Part shown: piece by piece, positions 13,885 through 27,863 of the stretch
Position numbering within the stretch: the first letter of the stretch is position 1
Layout of the letters: every line of letters starts with the position of its first letter
Origin: Antedon mediterranea
Taxonomy: Eukaryota; Animalia; Echinodermata
Direction of reading: 5' to 3'
Assembly (NCBI RefSeq): GCF_964355755.1
Contig: NC_092673.1
Location: 30,749,648-30,813,647, forward strand
DNA: 64,000 bases
Made by a program: the position numbers and the translations under genes
The notes under the pieces: model-generated
Database searches by the model: none
Told to the model about the DNA's origin: nothing
Seen by the model: only the letters and a program-made list of their open reading frames with translations

Positions 13885-13909
13885 CATGGAGTAACTTCTT
13901 TACTCCATG
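13885..13909. mobile_element. 25-nt hairpin insertion with 7-bp TSD (P-element-like mini-element or footprint)
   Basis: gtcgtag-[catggagtaa cttct ttactccatg]-gtcgtag. Confidence 0.65.
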
Positions 13910-14746
13910 GTCGTAGCAACCCTAAATTTCCAAATGTTCTTCACCTCTCAGTGAACATGATGGGGCGAGGTCCTAGGCACTCTTATGCATTGTTATTTAA
14001 AATTAAGTGCAATTTCCGGCCATCTAGCAGCTCTATTTTTCCAATTTGTTTTACCTCAGCCCCAACCATGGTGGGGCTGAGGTCCCTTAATATATATTTT
14101 TATTTCCTATTTTAAATTGGCACTTTCAAAACTATCATGGGCTAAGATCCTGTAGGTACTAATAAATATATTTTTATTTTATATTTGAAATTAAGTGCCA
14201 TTTCCGGCCATTAAGCAGCTCTATATTTTTCAAATTTTCTTACCTCAGCCCCAACCATGGTGGGATTGAGGTCCTGGAGACACAATTAATATATATTTTG
14301 ATTTCATATTTGAAATCAAGTGCAAAGATCCCGGCCATCGAGCAGCTCTCATATTTCAGCTTATTTCAGCTTATAAATTTCCATGGCTGTAACAGGTTTT
14401 TTTTTTATTGGGGGGGGGGGGAGGGGGTGTTGGTGTCATTTGCAATTACCATTTTCGCACCCCAGATATTTAGAATTATTAGTTATTACTCACAAAACTA
14501 AAAATATAAATTTTGTATGACATGGGGATACAATTTTAGGCCCTATTTTGTGTCAGTTGAGGTTTTACAAACGTTTATTAGACATACAACCGTTGGTGGC
14601 ACTGTTTAGGGCCACATTTTGGGGATCTGGCATTATTTTTCCCAATCTGGCATTATTTGAGACAGGATACGGCATAATTTAAATTTTATCGCTGGCAACG
14701 CTGTTTTTAAAAAACACAACTACACATTTTTCTTTTTTTTATTTAT

Positions 14747-16103
14747 TCATCGACAATAGAAATCGATCACTTTTTCTTTCGATACTGTAAATTTAATCGT
14801 TATAGGTAATTCTGCTTCAACATCAAAGTTGACCTCTTCTGGTACAAGAATGTTTTCTCCACTTTCGAGGACAATGTCAATTGGGTATCTTAAAAGAAAA
14901 AAAAAGTATAAACAATTGACGATAACTATGGAATAGATTGTATAATCTCTGAGCAGCATTGGTCTGAAATTTACATACCCATTGGAATCATCAATACCAA
15001 TAACAATTCCTACTTTTTCTTTAGATTCCGACACCTGAAAAATACAATTTAAAAAGAGAATGTACTCCGACTTTTCATTAATACAATGTACCCGCCAAAG
15101 TACAATTGTCATGTTTTACCAAGGACAAAAATGTTTACTAATCATGTTCCATTGTCGCACTAATGTGCATGAACGTAGTATATTAATATATTAAATTCAT
15201 ATTTACTTCAATTTTGCTCGAAAGCGTTGAAACCAATCGATTACTTTCTTTTATTAGGGCAGTTATCGATACGTTTTCCCCAATTAATAGTTCGTTTGCT
15301 TCCTCGGCAACTTGCCCCCACAGTACAATATCCATATTTACATCATCACACTCGAGTGTAATACTTTTTCTTTTATATTTTGTTGTTGAAACAAATTCTC
15401 CAAGCTAAAAAAAAAGGAAAACAAATGAAAAAACTTTTGGTTAGTAGCAAGGGACTTCAAAATCAGCAGATAAAATACATAAACATATTGGCACATTAAT
15501 CATGGTTGGTACGATGAAAAAAAAATTACTTCTGTAACGTCTCCATTTAAACCATAGTCAATAGATTGACTATGTTTAAACTTGGTCTTCGCTTAACCGG
15601 GAGCCTTTTGGCTTCCGCCATGGATACAAAATCGGGTGTTTTGAACTTCTGTATTGCTTCATCGTCAACAGCAAATTTAGTAACTTTCGTAAATATCTGA
15701 AAATCAAAATACAAAAACAAATTGTAAAATTGGATTTATATTTTAAAATTATAAGTAAAATGACTTAAAAAATAAATGATTTTGCGTGTAATGTTTTATA
15801 CGACTTATTTTTCACATAAGATGTTTAATCGTTTTAGAAAAGGAATGATAGTTTACTTTTGAAGTACTGGAGAGGCGGAGATTGTCTCCTCCTCTATTTA
15901 CATTTGTGGCGATAAACCGGTCTCCCACCGCTACCACCACCGGTTTCCATTTATATAGCATGGGATGATTTGTCCTTTGTCATCTTCATTTATGCTTTCA
16001 CTGAGCATCCCCATAACGTAACTGCTTTCTGAGTCTCTTTTTTTTTCGCTCGGTGAATTGCTCAACGACGATTAGCTTGGTTGTTGATTTCTTCGTTGCC
16101 ATT
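14747..16103 (-). pseudogene. Five-exon OB-fold (RPA1-like ssDNA-binding) gene, disrupted; exons ~16103-15857, 15696-15530, 15404-15207, 15034-14979, 14888-14747
   Basis: GT-AG introns; MATKKSTTKLIVVEQF..., SLNGDVTE/LGEFVSTTKYKRKSITLECDDVNMDIVLWGQVAEEANELLIGENVSIT resembles an OB fold; frameshift in exon 1 and a 29-nt insertion in exon 2. Confidence 0.65.
15553..15574. mobile_element. 22-nt hairpin insertion with 7-bp TSD in exon 2 of the OB-fold gene
   Basis: tttaaac-[catagtcaat ag attgactatg]-tttaaac; removing it restores the reading frame. Confidence 0.75.
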
Positions 16104-16689
16104 ATGAAGCTTTGAATCAATATGCGAAAACCATCGAAAAGATCTGCTTCTAAATGCTCAACCACTAAAATGTAGCGCTATTTTTTGCATAATTTAAACT
16201 AATAATTTAAATAATAACAATAAACCAAATGGATAGATTTACCGGACCTCATGTTATTTAAAATTGTCATGAAAGAAACAATTGTACCAAAAGCCTTGGA
16301 ACTTTGAATGCTAAACGAAAAGGTGGCGCTTGTAATAGGACATATTTAAATGATGGAAAAATCAATTTGCAGGAGAATTTTACAGTAGGTGGAAATATGC
16401 ACTTTTGGAGTGGCTTTGTAGTTTAAAAATATCCTTGAAAGTACCACATAACAAACATTTATACCATAATTTATAAATAATATGATAAAATTGAACGTAA
16501 TTTTCACCAATAAATGCATCATTACTGATCGCTGGGTGTAACCAATAAATGCATTAAAAGAAGACGCATTCCACTGAGTTTTTAACCATCTATTGTTGTT
16601 GCTCTTTTGGCGCTCCATAGAAACGAAAATATTGAACTTCGAGTATGCTAAATTCGCGAACGGTATGCGAGAAACATGTCTGTAAAATC

Positions 16690-17438
16690 GGGTGTGTAGA
16701 AAGCGACGACCCCTATAGCCTAGCCTAGCCTAGCTAGGCGCGGCCTAAGTGTGGTATAACAAACATCCCGAAGCCGAACATAGCCAAAGATCTTTAAACC
16801 ATACCTTATATAATACTGAACTCGCAAGCAAGCAATTGATTGAAAAAATACAGAAATATCGCCATTTGATACTGAATGCGTCAACACGAACAAACGAACA
16901 GATATGGAACGCCAAGAGTGCATCATTAAAACTGCATTCGACTCGATTAGCACACGAAATATCATAAACATGGCAAACCAGGTCAAAACGGCCCCTTTTT
17001 CAGCGGCGGGTAAGGTTTGCTCAGTGGATTGGTCATCGTTAACCCAATAATCAAATCAAATCAAATTACTTACCCGCCGCTGAAAAAGGGGCCGTTTTGA
17101 CCTGGTTTTCCATGTTTACCCACAGTAAAATGGAATAGCCCGTGCTATTCTTTAACAGGCAATACCTCAAGACAAATACAATATATATATATGTATGCCT
17201 CACTCTCAGGGACGTGCTGCAGCAAACCGCAATTGATATTTCTGTATTTTTTTAATCAATTGCTTGCTTGCGAGTATTATATAAGGTATGGTTTAAGGAT
17301 CTTTGGCTATGTTCGGCTTCGGGATGTTATACCACACATAGGCCTAGGCTAGGCTAGGCTATAAGGGTCGTCGGTTTCGTGTTATGGGTCGTCCAATTCT
17401 AGGTCGTCCAATTCGAGGTCGTCGCTTTCTACACACCC
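16690..17438. mobile_element. Foldback MITE with ~180-bp arms and an internal near-perfect hairpin (16964-17118)
   Basis: gggtgtgtagaaagcgacgacc...ggtcgtcgctttctacacaccc; no TSD seen. Confidence 0.75.
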
Positions 17439-19269
17439 CAAGCAGCAACGGTACATACCTACACTCTAGTAGGCCTAGCTTTATTGAATATATAGCCACG
17501 TCTTTCTCAAATCTCGTTAAATTTGACATTTTAGTAATAGTCTCATAATCACATTATTACACTGTGAAACATAATAGGGTCATATTCAGAATGTTTTAAT
17601 ATACTTTTCGCCCGTCAAAAATAACATCGCGACAAAATAACAGATCGCCAGCTGCAGTAGTGTGTGATTGTGAAAAATGTCACGTGATCGTACTCCCTAG
17701 CAAAATAAAAAATCCAATTGGACCCGAACGGTGGAAAGTGTTTATTTACGCAAAATTGCGCAATGTATACGTGATAAAAATACCAGAAATAGAAAGATCT
17801 GGAAAAGTTACATAAATACACATTTTACATTTTTTTTTTGGTGAAGAAATGATTTTTTTAGGATTATTCAAATATATTCCCCTTTTGCATGTAAAAGAAT
17901 AGGAAATTACAAGGTATTCCCCCAAAACGCAAAAAGGCGTGATTTTCAAGAAAATCGTACTCATTAAAAAAAATTTCAAAAAAATATGTAGTATAAGGGA
18001 TGATATTTTTAAATAATAGTTGAAATGTATGAGAAATAGTAATTTTCTGGGTGGAGCTCCACTTTAAACAACATGTGGACTACTAATGGGTCAGTCGATT
18101 TGCATCGACAACAATTTATAGGAATTTTAATGAATTCGATGATAAAGACTCCTTGACGTATACTAATGAACTTTATTCTTATTACAAAATATTCCATTAT
18201 CACAAATAACAAATTAATATGCATAGATTACTTTTATGAATAGTTTCAGACCATTTATTTAAAAAATGAACTTTTCTGCCATTTTATAATAATAATTTTC
18301 TGACTAATTTTGTCATTTAGAGCAAATAGAACTATGTACTGTATTTGTAAAACAATTTGAGAACAAATGGAACCCTTTGCAGGTAGTAGTCAAAAATACT
18401 ATAATCATAATACAGGCAGTTGGCCATTTTTACACAAATTTTTCCCCAAACAGAATTTTTGTAAATTTTGGATATGTTATTATACATGAAATTTTGCTTC
18501 CAATGATGTAACCATTTCTTGTGTACCATTTTTCTCTGGGTAGGGTCTATATTTTTGGTTCAACTACCACACTATATTTTGTATATTATATATTAAATAT
18601 TATATAATCTTGTACTTTACCAATGATCATAGACCTCACTTCAAAGAACGTCTGAAAATTCACTTCAAAAAGATTACATTTCAAGCTAATATAACTTAAG
18701 GTGGTTTACAATGACAATACATGAAACATTGAAAATCAAAGTATATTAACCCTAATTAAAGATAAATACATTTTTATTATATTACAAGTACATGTATGAC
18801 ATTTAATGTGAAATATAAGTTATTAGTTTAGACCAAAAAAAATGTATTAAATAAAAAATATTTACATGAAAAAATGGTAATTTAAAGTATAAAATTAGTC
18901 AAATTGTCAGACAATTGGTTTTTGGTTTCATTTAACCATTTATTTTGTCTATTTTTTAAATGAATACTTTTCTTTTTGTCTATGGAAATAGATAACTTAA
19001 TAAAAATTACAAAATGGCTTATTCAAAGTTCATTTTTCATGTTTTAACCATTTGAAAAGGCAGTGCTCCAATTTTGACCGGTTGATTGAACTTGATCAGT
19101 GAACAACAACGTAGCTGTGTGTCGTGCATGTGATTGCTCTCTGTGTAACAAAAATGAATGTACTGTACTAATTAAAATTGCAATGCTCATATTATAATGG
19201 AAAGTGACATTGCACTGCCAATTAAGAGTTCAATAGAATATTTGTTATATATATCATTTGACAACAATG

Positions 19270-20170
19270 GTTGAACCAATTATTAAATGACAAAAATCTA
19301 CTTAGGTGTGTATAATAGTTGTGATGCTTAAAGTATATATATTTTTTTTTTATAATTACAGATGAACAAAGAAGTTATAAAATTTAATTTAACTTAAGAA
19401 GTGTTTCTGGCAGTGACAGTAACCTGTGGATCATTTAAGTATTTTACGTTGTAAGTAAATTTGTATTTTAAGGAATTATGATAGAAGTGAAATTTAAAAA
19501 AAAGAGAAAATTAGTGACATGGTTTACTGTTTAGAAGTCTATTCGTGGGACTATTGGTTGGCAGTCATATTAGTTTCAAGTTTCATTATGATGTGCCTAC
19601 AGTATCTTTGAAAAGTTGATGAATCTGTACGTTTGATGAATATGTGTTCTGTCTGGAAAAATGATGATGTATTGCTATTTCACAATTAAATCTGACCAAT
19701 TACTGAATAAAACTTTTAATTAAATAGTATTAAACTCATGCCAAACCAATCAAATGACAAGAATCTACTTAAGTGTGTTATAATAGTTGTAATGCTTAAA
19801 GTATATATATTTTTTTATAATTACAGGTGAACAAAGAAGTTCTAAACTTTAATTTAACACAATACCAGTAGTGTTTCTGGCAGTGACGGCGACCTGTAGA
19901 AGTTATACAATTTAATTTAACCTAATACCGGTAGTGTTTCTGGCAGTGAAAGTAACCTGTGGATCATTTAAGTATTTTACGTTGTAAGTAAATTTGTATT
20001 TTAAGGAATTATGATAGAAGTGAAATAAAAAAAAAGAGAGAAAATAATAACAAATTAACATGGTTTATTGTTTAGAAGTCTATTTATAGATTTATTAGTT
20101 GGCAATCAGATTAGTTTCAAGTTTCATTACGATGGTATTGATATTTCACAATTAAATCAGACCATTTTTA
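19270..20170 (+). repeat. Local tandem duplication (~430-bp units starting near 19270 and 19745)
   Basis: Repeated aatctactta...gtgtttctggcagtga...gtaagtaaatttgtattttaagg blocks. Confidence 0.8.
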
Positions 20171-20364
20171 ATTAAATATTTTTAAACTCGTGATAATGAT
20201 GTAGGATGGGATGTAGGATGTACGACACAATGGAATAGCCTTATTAAATATTCATAGTAGGCCTATTATTATACGCTACGTTGTCTTGTATTGGTGTAGA
20301 CTAACATGATCAGTAGCCATTTTAAGGTGTGCCAAATCATCGTTATTCGCATTACAGGTATATT

Positions 20365-20790
20365 ATTTTTATTCGCGTGCAACGCGACTCTATAGCTCAC
20401 TACGAGTTGGTCGGCAAAGTAACACTAAATGTCGGTAGGCTAAACTCTTAACTAAATGTCGGTAAACACTAACTCAAATTCATATTTTTTTGTTATTTTT
20501 GACAGTGGATAATATTAATAATTGGAGGCAAATATAAATGTTTTAAAACATTTTTAAACATTTTCAGCACTTTTGGTCGGTCGGTCGGTAAACACTAACT
20601 AATATTCATATTTTTTCGTGTTTTTTTTTACAGTGGATATTAATACTTGGAGGCAAATATAAATGTTTTACAACATTTTTCAACATTTTCAACAATTTCG
20701 GTCGGTCGGTCGGTAAACACTAACTCAAATTCAATATTTTTTACAGTGTATTTTAATACTTAGAGGCAAAATGTTTTGAAATAGTTTTAA
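20365..20790 (+). mobile_element. Helentron/DINE-like interspersed repeat with ggtc microsatellite and ~125-bp units; related pieces at ~23575-23658 (-) and 24085-24310
   Basis: tttttattcgcgtgcaacgcgactctatag start, then repeated ggtcggtcggtaaacactaac...cagtggatattaatacttggaggcaaat. Confidence 0.55.
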
Positions 20791-20854
20791 CAATTTTACA
20801 AATGTAATAAAATGTGTTCTTTGCAGACCGTCAGTAACAATAACACACAGTAAG

Positions 20855-22534
20855 ATGGTTGAAGATTCAAAAACTTTCGAAAACCTTAAAACTGATCTCA
20901 GTAGATTATATGAAGGTGAAAGATACCTTTGGTTAAGATACTGCGTATTTGATTTTTTGAGTGTGGGTAAAATTACAGATCCAGATTCCAATGGATATGA
21001 TCTGTTGTGCTCACTCCAAGAAAACAGTAAACTCACAACAGAAAATGTTGACATTTTGTTAGAGATTAACCAACTAACAGAAATTAAGGAAGCTCAAGAT
21101 CTTGTAACACGATATATGGAAGACAACGAAATTCAGAAAGGGTCTGATAAAAGACGCTTGACGCCATATCGGGAAAGACTGTTCAAAGCTATTAGAGAAG
21201 TTTGTCCAGATGAATTTAAGGAGATCATTTTTTTGTACGGACTAAACCAATACGATTTCAAAAATCTTTGGAATGTAGTACTGAAATTGGAAATTGATGG
21301 GGTTCTTGCAGATGAACCAGAAAAAATAAAGAGGTTTGCAAATTGCCTCGGAAAAATGGCGCGCAACAAGCTACTCGATGACGGTATGTACCTATTCCAA
21401 TCAAAATAAATTAATGATGCCAAATCAATAGGCCGACTGTGTTTTGTAATTTGTAAACAATTTCGGGGTATTTAGTTACTAATTACTAATAATTATATTA
21501 ACTAATTTTTAGCCAACAGTGACGGTGCGTTATCGGATGACCAATACCATCCAAGTGAAGGTAAATTATTACGAACATTAGTGAGTGTGATGGTAATGAT
21601 AAACTTGAATTTATATTCATTCATTCATTTATTTGGTCAAATCAATTGTAATTTACTATAATAACAACAACTGTTATGCTATACAGTTTGCAGTATACCA
21701 CGTATATTAGTTCTGAAAGAGTTTCTCGACGTTTTGAGCAATATGCATTGATTGTCTTCATATAAGTGACAAAATTGGTGTTATTGTTATTGGTGTTATT
21801 GTTAACGATGTCAGAGCTATTGGTGTTGTTGTTATTGTTATTTAAATGATGTTTTTTGTCCTTTTGTTTTGTGTGTTTTTATTGTCTGGATTTTTACTAT
21901 TTTTGTATTTGAATGTTCTGTATATAATATGGTCGATTGATTTCTTATAATAAGTAATTTTGTCTAAAAAATGTTTTATGTCTACCATTATCAACTAATG
22001 ATTAATAATTTAGACATGCTTTCCTTCAACTATATAGATTTCTCGGACGAAGACTTTAGATGCCTAATTGCGGATTTTGCACAATGGTATGATCAACGTG
22101 GACTCCTTAACCAGCTAAAACTTCTATTCATAGATAAACTCGACAGACAAGTGTTGGAAAAGTTTAGCAGTACAATAGAACTGTTAAACAGTTTACATTC
22201 GAGAGGACTATTCAGTCAGAGAAATCCTTCGGTGCTGTATGATGCAATACAATTAACTGAACAATTTGACTTGGAGCCAACCTTAAAAGAGAAGCTTCCT
22301 GATTTCAATGATATCGGGGAACGTAAGATTGTCTCATTTTCACCACACACAATAAATATTGTACATTTCGGACAAAAGCTTGGTGATTCGGAAATAAACA
22401 TTCTTGATCGACGATACAACTTCCCTGTTGTTAAGAAGTACACAGACAGATGGAGTTTGATTTTGGATTTTGAAAACCGGGGATTGTTGAAGGAAGAAAA
22501 AATCGAAAAAATTAATAAAGTGTTGAAGAGATAA
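20855..22534 (+). CDS. Tandem-DED gene copy 3, intact four-DED protein of 357 aa; coding exons 20855-21383, 21513-21560, 22038-22534; upstream non-coding exon ends at 20357
   Basis: Phase-1 GT-AG introns, 1074-nt open frame, micro-exon ANSDGALSDDQYHPSE; homologous to copy 2. Confidence 0.85.
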
Positions 22535-25127
22535 AACAAACATACAGCTAACCTTGTAATGTATAATTTATAGTTTGATCAATATGTAAAAAATTAGCAT
22601 ATTAAATAACACAATGACATAACATAAAGACGATTGTACACAGTGGGGCAAGAATAAATAGAATATATTGATAAGCTGCCAATCCTAGCTTTATTGTGTA
22701 TATTGCCTGTGTTTGTATACTTAGCTAACGGTCACACTTCAGTATTCTATTGTGATGGGTAGCAACATAAGCAAAGCACAACCATTATGGTTTATGCAAA
22801 TTAGACCTAGATGTGCTGTATGCTTGTTCATTATTTCTTTTGTGATATGTAGCTTATTGAGTAGACACAAGAACAGCTTTTAGAGGCTTACTTAAAAGCC
22901 TAAAGTTAGAATGAGGCCTCGATTAAAAGGTTTATTTAGAAGCCTGAAGCTGAAAGAGCTCTAGTAGTACTAAGGCTTATGTATCCCACAGATAACTGTA
23001 CATAGGACAAGCATATATCTTTGGTAATCACAGACACTTGTATATATTGTATTCACCTTAAAGACCTATCATTATATAGGTGTAATAGTATAACCAATGA
23101 TTATTTATATTGTATAATTTCAGATATATATAAGTCTTTATTACTTAAAACAAATTATGTTTTTATAGGTAGTAAATCGAATCGATATATGGATAGAAAC
23201 ATAAAGATGGAATAAAAGTTCGCATTCGCAATATTTGAATGACGAATTTTTTTAGTGCAGTTACACTGAATTTTCCTGTTTTTTTACCAAAATCATTACA
23301 CTTACAGCTATGTATAAAAAGAATAACCTGTAATAAAAACATTCCATTTCATTCATTCATCTTTTCACTTAGGTCATATCATATAATTCTCAAAACCTAT
23401 CATATCAAATAAATAACATGCTTAACTACAAAAAAAGTTATAATAAGCATCGTACAGAAAATTACACACAGTAAAGAGAAAATAGTTGTACACTCGCAAA
23501 TAAAGATACAATAACGTTCATTGCTGATCATTTAAGACTGGTATTGACTCAAACTTGACTCGACTGCAGTCGAGTGCTCAAATTTGTATTAGTGTTTACC
23601 GACCGACAGACCGATGTAGTGAGCTGTAGAGTCGCGTCTGCACGCGATCGACTAAAAACCGACTTTCGATGAAACGCCGTTTAAGACAAACAAATATTAT
23701 GTGCTTGCACTACAATTTCTGAAAACACAAGGCATTGTTATACGGTAGGATACTTCCAACAATATCAATGTGCCCTTATTGTATCTACACCATAAGATTG
23801 AACAGTACATGCTGACACAGTAAACTGCATTTACCAAACTGTCTACTTATGGGGAGAGAGAGTTGGCCCTAATACAAATAGGTCGAAACTGAAGTGTGAT
23901 GTCACTTCACCATTCTTGTTACTATTCACATGGTAAAGATAAGTTATACAATTATTAACTTTCAATAGTGCCCCCGTTGAGAGAAATATGTGGATAATTC
24001 ACATTTTAAATATCATTGCAGTCGTACAAGTAATATACAATTACTACTTGTTTATGTGTCTCGTTGTCCTGCTCAACCCCTGGAATATTTTTATTTTTTC
24101 ATTATTTTGACAGTGGATATTAATACTTGGAGGCAAATATAAATTTTTTTAAACAATCTTCAAAACTTTTAAACATTTTCAGCAATTTCGGTCGGTTGGT
24201 CGGTAAAAACTAAATGTCGGTAAACACTAAATGTCGGTAAACACTAACTCAAATTCATATTTGTTCATTATTTTGACAGTGGATATTAATACTTGGAGGC
24301 AAATATAAACAACCTTATTATCAATCAGGCAATCCATAACAATAGTTGATAGTAGGGATTAGCTATAGTTTTTAATTAAATAAAGCGTAGGCGTACAATT
24401 ATTTGTTGACAATTTTGCTACCACGATTATTATTTGGATTTACCCAAAACCAAACTTAAAGAACGCCTTCATAATCATGACGATTAATCAACATACTGTT
24501 GCATGACTCATTCTAAAAAAACGCAAATACGATCCAATCAGCTCTTGTTTCACTACATTGGCTGCCGGTTAAACAACACATAGAATTCAAGATCCATGCG
24601 CTCACCTAGAAAGCCATCCATAAATAATCACCTATCATCATTTCATAACTAAAGTAGAGACAAAGAGAAATTACCATAACAAAATGAAAAAATCTTATTT
24701 TATTTTATACTGTATAGCTGTATTGGATTATTGACACAAAAATATACTTCGATTTATCGCATAACTTAGGCCTAAACACTTTTTTTCTCAATGCGCTCGA
24801 GTGCAAAATCAACAAGACAAAAATAATAAAATAACCCAACCAGGAGGTTTTTTTCTAATTGTTTACCGTAGCTATAATGGAATACCCTTATTGAAATTAT
24901 TTATTTCAACAACAAAAGGTATACTGTATTATCATTTTCATTATGTCATCATGTAGTAACATGGAAGAGTTAGTCGCCATTGTTAGGGTGTGCCAAAAGA
25001 TCGTTATTCACATTAAAGGTAGGCCTATAGATTATCGCTGTTCTTTCTCGCATTTTGTTCTAACATTTTCTTTGCAGCGCATGTTACCGGAGTGGAAAGC
25101 TTTTTTAGAAATTGATTTACACTAAAG

Positions 25128-25450
25128 CAAAGAACTTATAACACAAGAATCTCCTGTTCTTCAATTTGCATTCAAAACACAGTATCGGAAGTACAGGGTT
25201 AAAAGGTCAAACTGGGCGACGCCATTTCACAGCATGGCGCAGCGCCCCCTCCAAACTAGGAAGTCAATTACTCTACCCCTCTAGAGTATTAGCAGATCCC
25301 CTCTTTGATTTTGACTTTCTAATTTGATGCGGGCGCCCTACTCCATGGCTCACAATGGCGCCACCCATAGCTCTATTCTATCCCACAATGCCTTTCGAAA
25401 TTGTTACGCGCTTCGGACGAACAGGAGATTCTTGTGTTATAAGTTCTTTG
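25128..25450. mobile_element. MITE with ~32-bp TIR and 7-bp TSD (P-superfamily-like) in intron 1 of copy 4
   Basis: actaaag-[caaagaacttataacacaagaatctcctgttc...gaacaggagattcttgtgttataagttctttg]-actaaag. Confidence 0.85.
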
Positions 25451-25680
25451 ACTAAAGTATTAAGCAACTATGACACCATTTCAGAATTAGAGAATAAATT
25501 TTATCTCCTCGTGGTATGTATCGTTATCCTATCGAATGCTCAAGTGTTATATTTTTATAAAATTCAAAATAAAAAAAAACAAATATTCATTGAAATCAAT
25601 AAATTATATCGATGACACAAGCAATAATGTAGACCTAAATACAATTTATTATTCTTTTTTAGGAACCATAAAACAATAAA

Positions 25681-27863
25681 ATGGCAGATTCTAAACCTTA
25701 CCACGAGTTGAAATATAGGCTTAGTGAATACTACCGTGGGGAAAGATATTATTGGTTGAGGGAGCCTATTCGAACACTTGGATATTGATGAAATTTTAAA
25801 TCCAGAATTCAATGGGAATGATTTATTCATTGCACAAAAATGTAATCACACCTACTAATGTTCAAATTCTGTTAGAGATTACGACACTAACAGAAGAAGT
25901 AAAAGGTGCTGAAGATATTGTAAGATGGTATATGGTTGTCAACAGAATTCAGAATACTGTACTAGTAAAACACATTTGTCATCATATAGGAAGCGAATAT
26001 TCAAAACAATGAGACAGGTTTGCCCGGTTGCAAGATATCTAATTTCCTTCTACGGACTAACAGGTCCTTTCCAAAACGTTTGGGATGTCATAATCAAACT
26101 AGAAAAAGACTAAATTCTAGAAGATAAACCAGACAAAATAGAAAGGTTTGCAAAGTGTCTTGGAGAAGTTGTAAAAGACAGCGTACGAAGTACTAACTGT
26201 ATGTATTTTATTCAACTCTTAAATGCGATATGCCATCTTCTTTCCCATTTGATTTAAAACTACATTGATTATGGTTACTACTAAGAACTCCGGAAACTTA
26301 CTTTACAATATTGTTCTTAGTTGGTACAACACGTTAGAACAAAACATAATTGTGCTATTGGATTGCCAACAGTTTGGTTACATATTGATTGAATGAATTA
26401 TTTCAGTTATTACTGTAATATATGTTTACTATTACTTTACAGACAATATGCAAACATTCCATAACCAAGAAAGTAAAGGTAAGTTAGTAAATTGAACAAT
26501 TAATATGAGTTATAAAGAGAAACAGAATAAATAAAGATGTGATGAATGTTATGAAAATGGGGAAATGTTTGCCTATAAGTGTTGTGATACTAGAGGTACT
26601 CAAATACAACTTTACACTTATAATATAAATAATCAAAATAAAATGAGAAAGAATAATAAAAATAATGAGTATGATGATGGTGATGATGATGGAGATGATG
26701 GAGATGATAATGATGGAGATGATGAAGATGATGATGATGGAGATGATGATAATGATGATGATGGAGATGATGATAATGATGATGATGGAGATGATGATAG
26801 TGAGGATGATGGAGATGATGATAATGATAATGATGGAGATGATGATAGTGATGATGATGGAGATGATAGTGATGATGATAATGATGATGGAGATAATGAT
26901 AGTGATGATGATGGAGATGATGATAATGATGATGATGGAGATGATGATGATGGAGATGATGATAGTGATGATGATGGAAATGATGATAGTGATGATGATG
27001 GAGATGATGATAGTGATGATGATGGAGATGATGATAGTGATGATGATAGTAGTGATGATGATGGAGATGATGATAGTGATGATGATGATGGAGATGATGT
27101 TGGAGATGATGATGAGGGTGATGGTGATGATGATGGAGATTATGATAGTGATGATGATGGAGATGATGATAGTGATGATGATGGAGATGATGATAATGAT
27201 GATGATGGAGATGATGATGATGGAGATGATGATAGTGATGATGATGGAGATGATGATAGTGATGATGATGGAGATGATGATGATGATGGAGATGATGATG
27301 ATGATGGAGATGATGTTGGAGATGAGGGTGATGGTGATGATGATGAAACTTATTAATAACTCTAACATGTTTTTTCATTTGTATAGATCTTTCGGAAGCT
27401 GATTTTCGACAGTTAATCTCAGATTTTGACAAACATTTTGATTCAAAGTTCATAACCAAGCTAAAAGTTCTGTTCATAGAATTGATAGATGACCTTAACG
27501 ATTTGAACAATTCTACCCGTACCATTATTGAACTGTGCACACATTTACATGGGTCTGGAAAATTGAGTCGAACAGATCTTTCTGTTCTGTATGACACAAT
27601 AATAGAAACAAAGCAATTTGGCTTTCAGTCAGAAATTAAAAAAAAAGCTTCCTGCTTTCAAAAATATCAAGGAACGTAAGGTAGTATCATTTTCACAACA
27701 CATACATACTATTTTTATTCTGGGAAAAACGCTTAGTGATGTAGATGTAAAAAATCTAGATGGACAACACAACTTCCCTAAACTTAAAAGGTACACAGAT
27801 AGCTGGAGTTTGATTTTGGATTTCGAAAGACGAGGGTTGCTAAAAAGAGGAAACCTCGTCTAA
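25681..27863 (+). pseudogene. Tandem-DED gene copy 4, pseudogene; exon A 25681-~26199, micro-exon 26443-26478, exon B 27387-27863
   Basis: MADSKPYHELKYRLSEYYRGERYYWLR followed by several frameshifts and a stop at 26111-26113; exon B frameshifted at the poly-A near 27640. Confidence 0.85.
26671..27345. repeat. Compound (GAT)n microsatellite with a higher-order ~24-27-bp period, in an intron of copy 4
   Basis: Repeats of gatgatgatggagatgatgatagt; accounts for the poly-D/M/H/I ORFs. Confidence 0.95.

Larger units (their letters stand above)
12190..14703. mobile_element. Degenerate hAT-like element containing the LINE fragment
   Basis: Right end ctggcaacgctg; subterminal tctggcatta repeats near both ends; internal ~120-bp repeats at 13780-14350; left boundary uncertain. 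Confidence 0.4.

Noticed and set aside
20420-20760. CRISPR-like repeats (also 51800-52660 and 37800-38470)
   Set aside because: No unique spacers, no cas genes, and the context is eukaryotic; these are internal transposon repeats.
1912-22534. Naming the DED genes CASP8, CFLAR or FADD
   Set aside because: No caspase domain (QACxG) or death domain was found and orthology cannot be shown, so symbols are left blank.
26484-27597. Long poly-Asp, poly-Met, poly-His and poly-Ile ORFs
   Set aside because: Artefacts of an intronic (GAT)n microsatellite lying between the micro-exon and exon B of copy 4.
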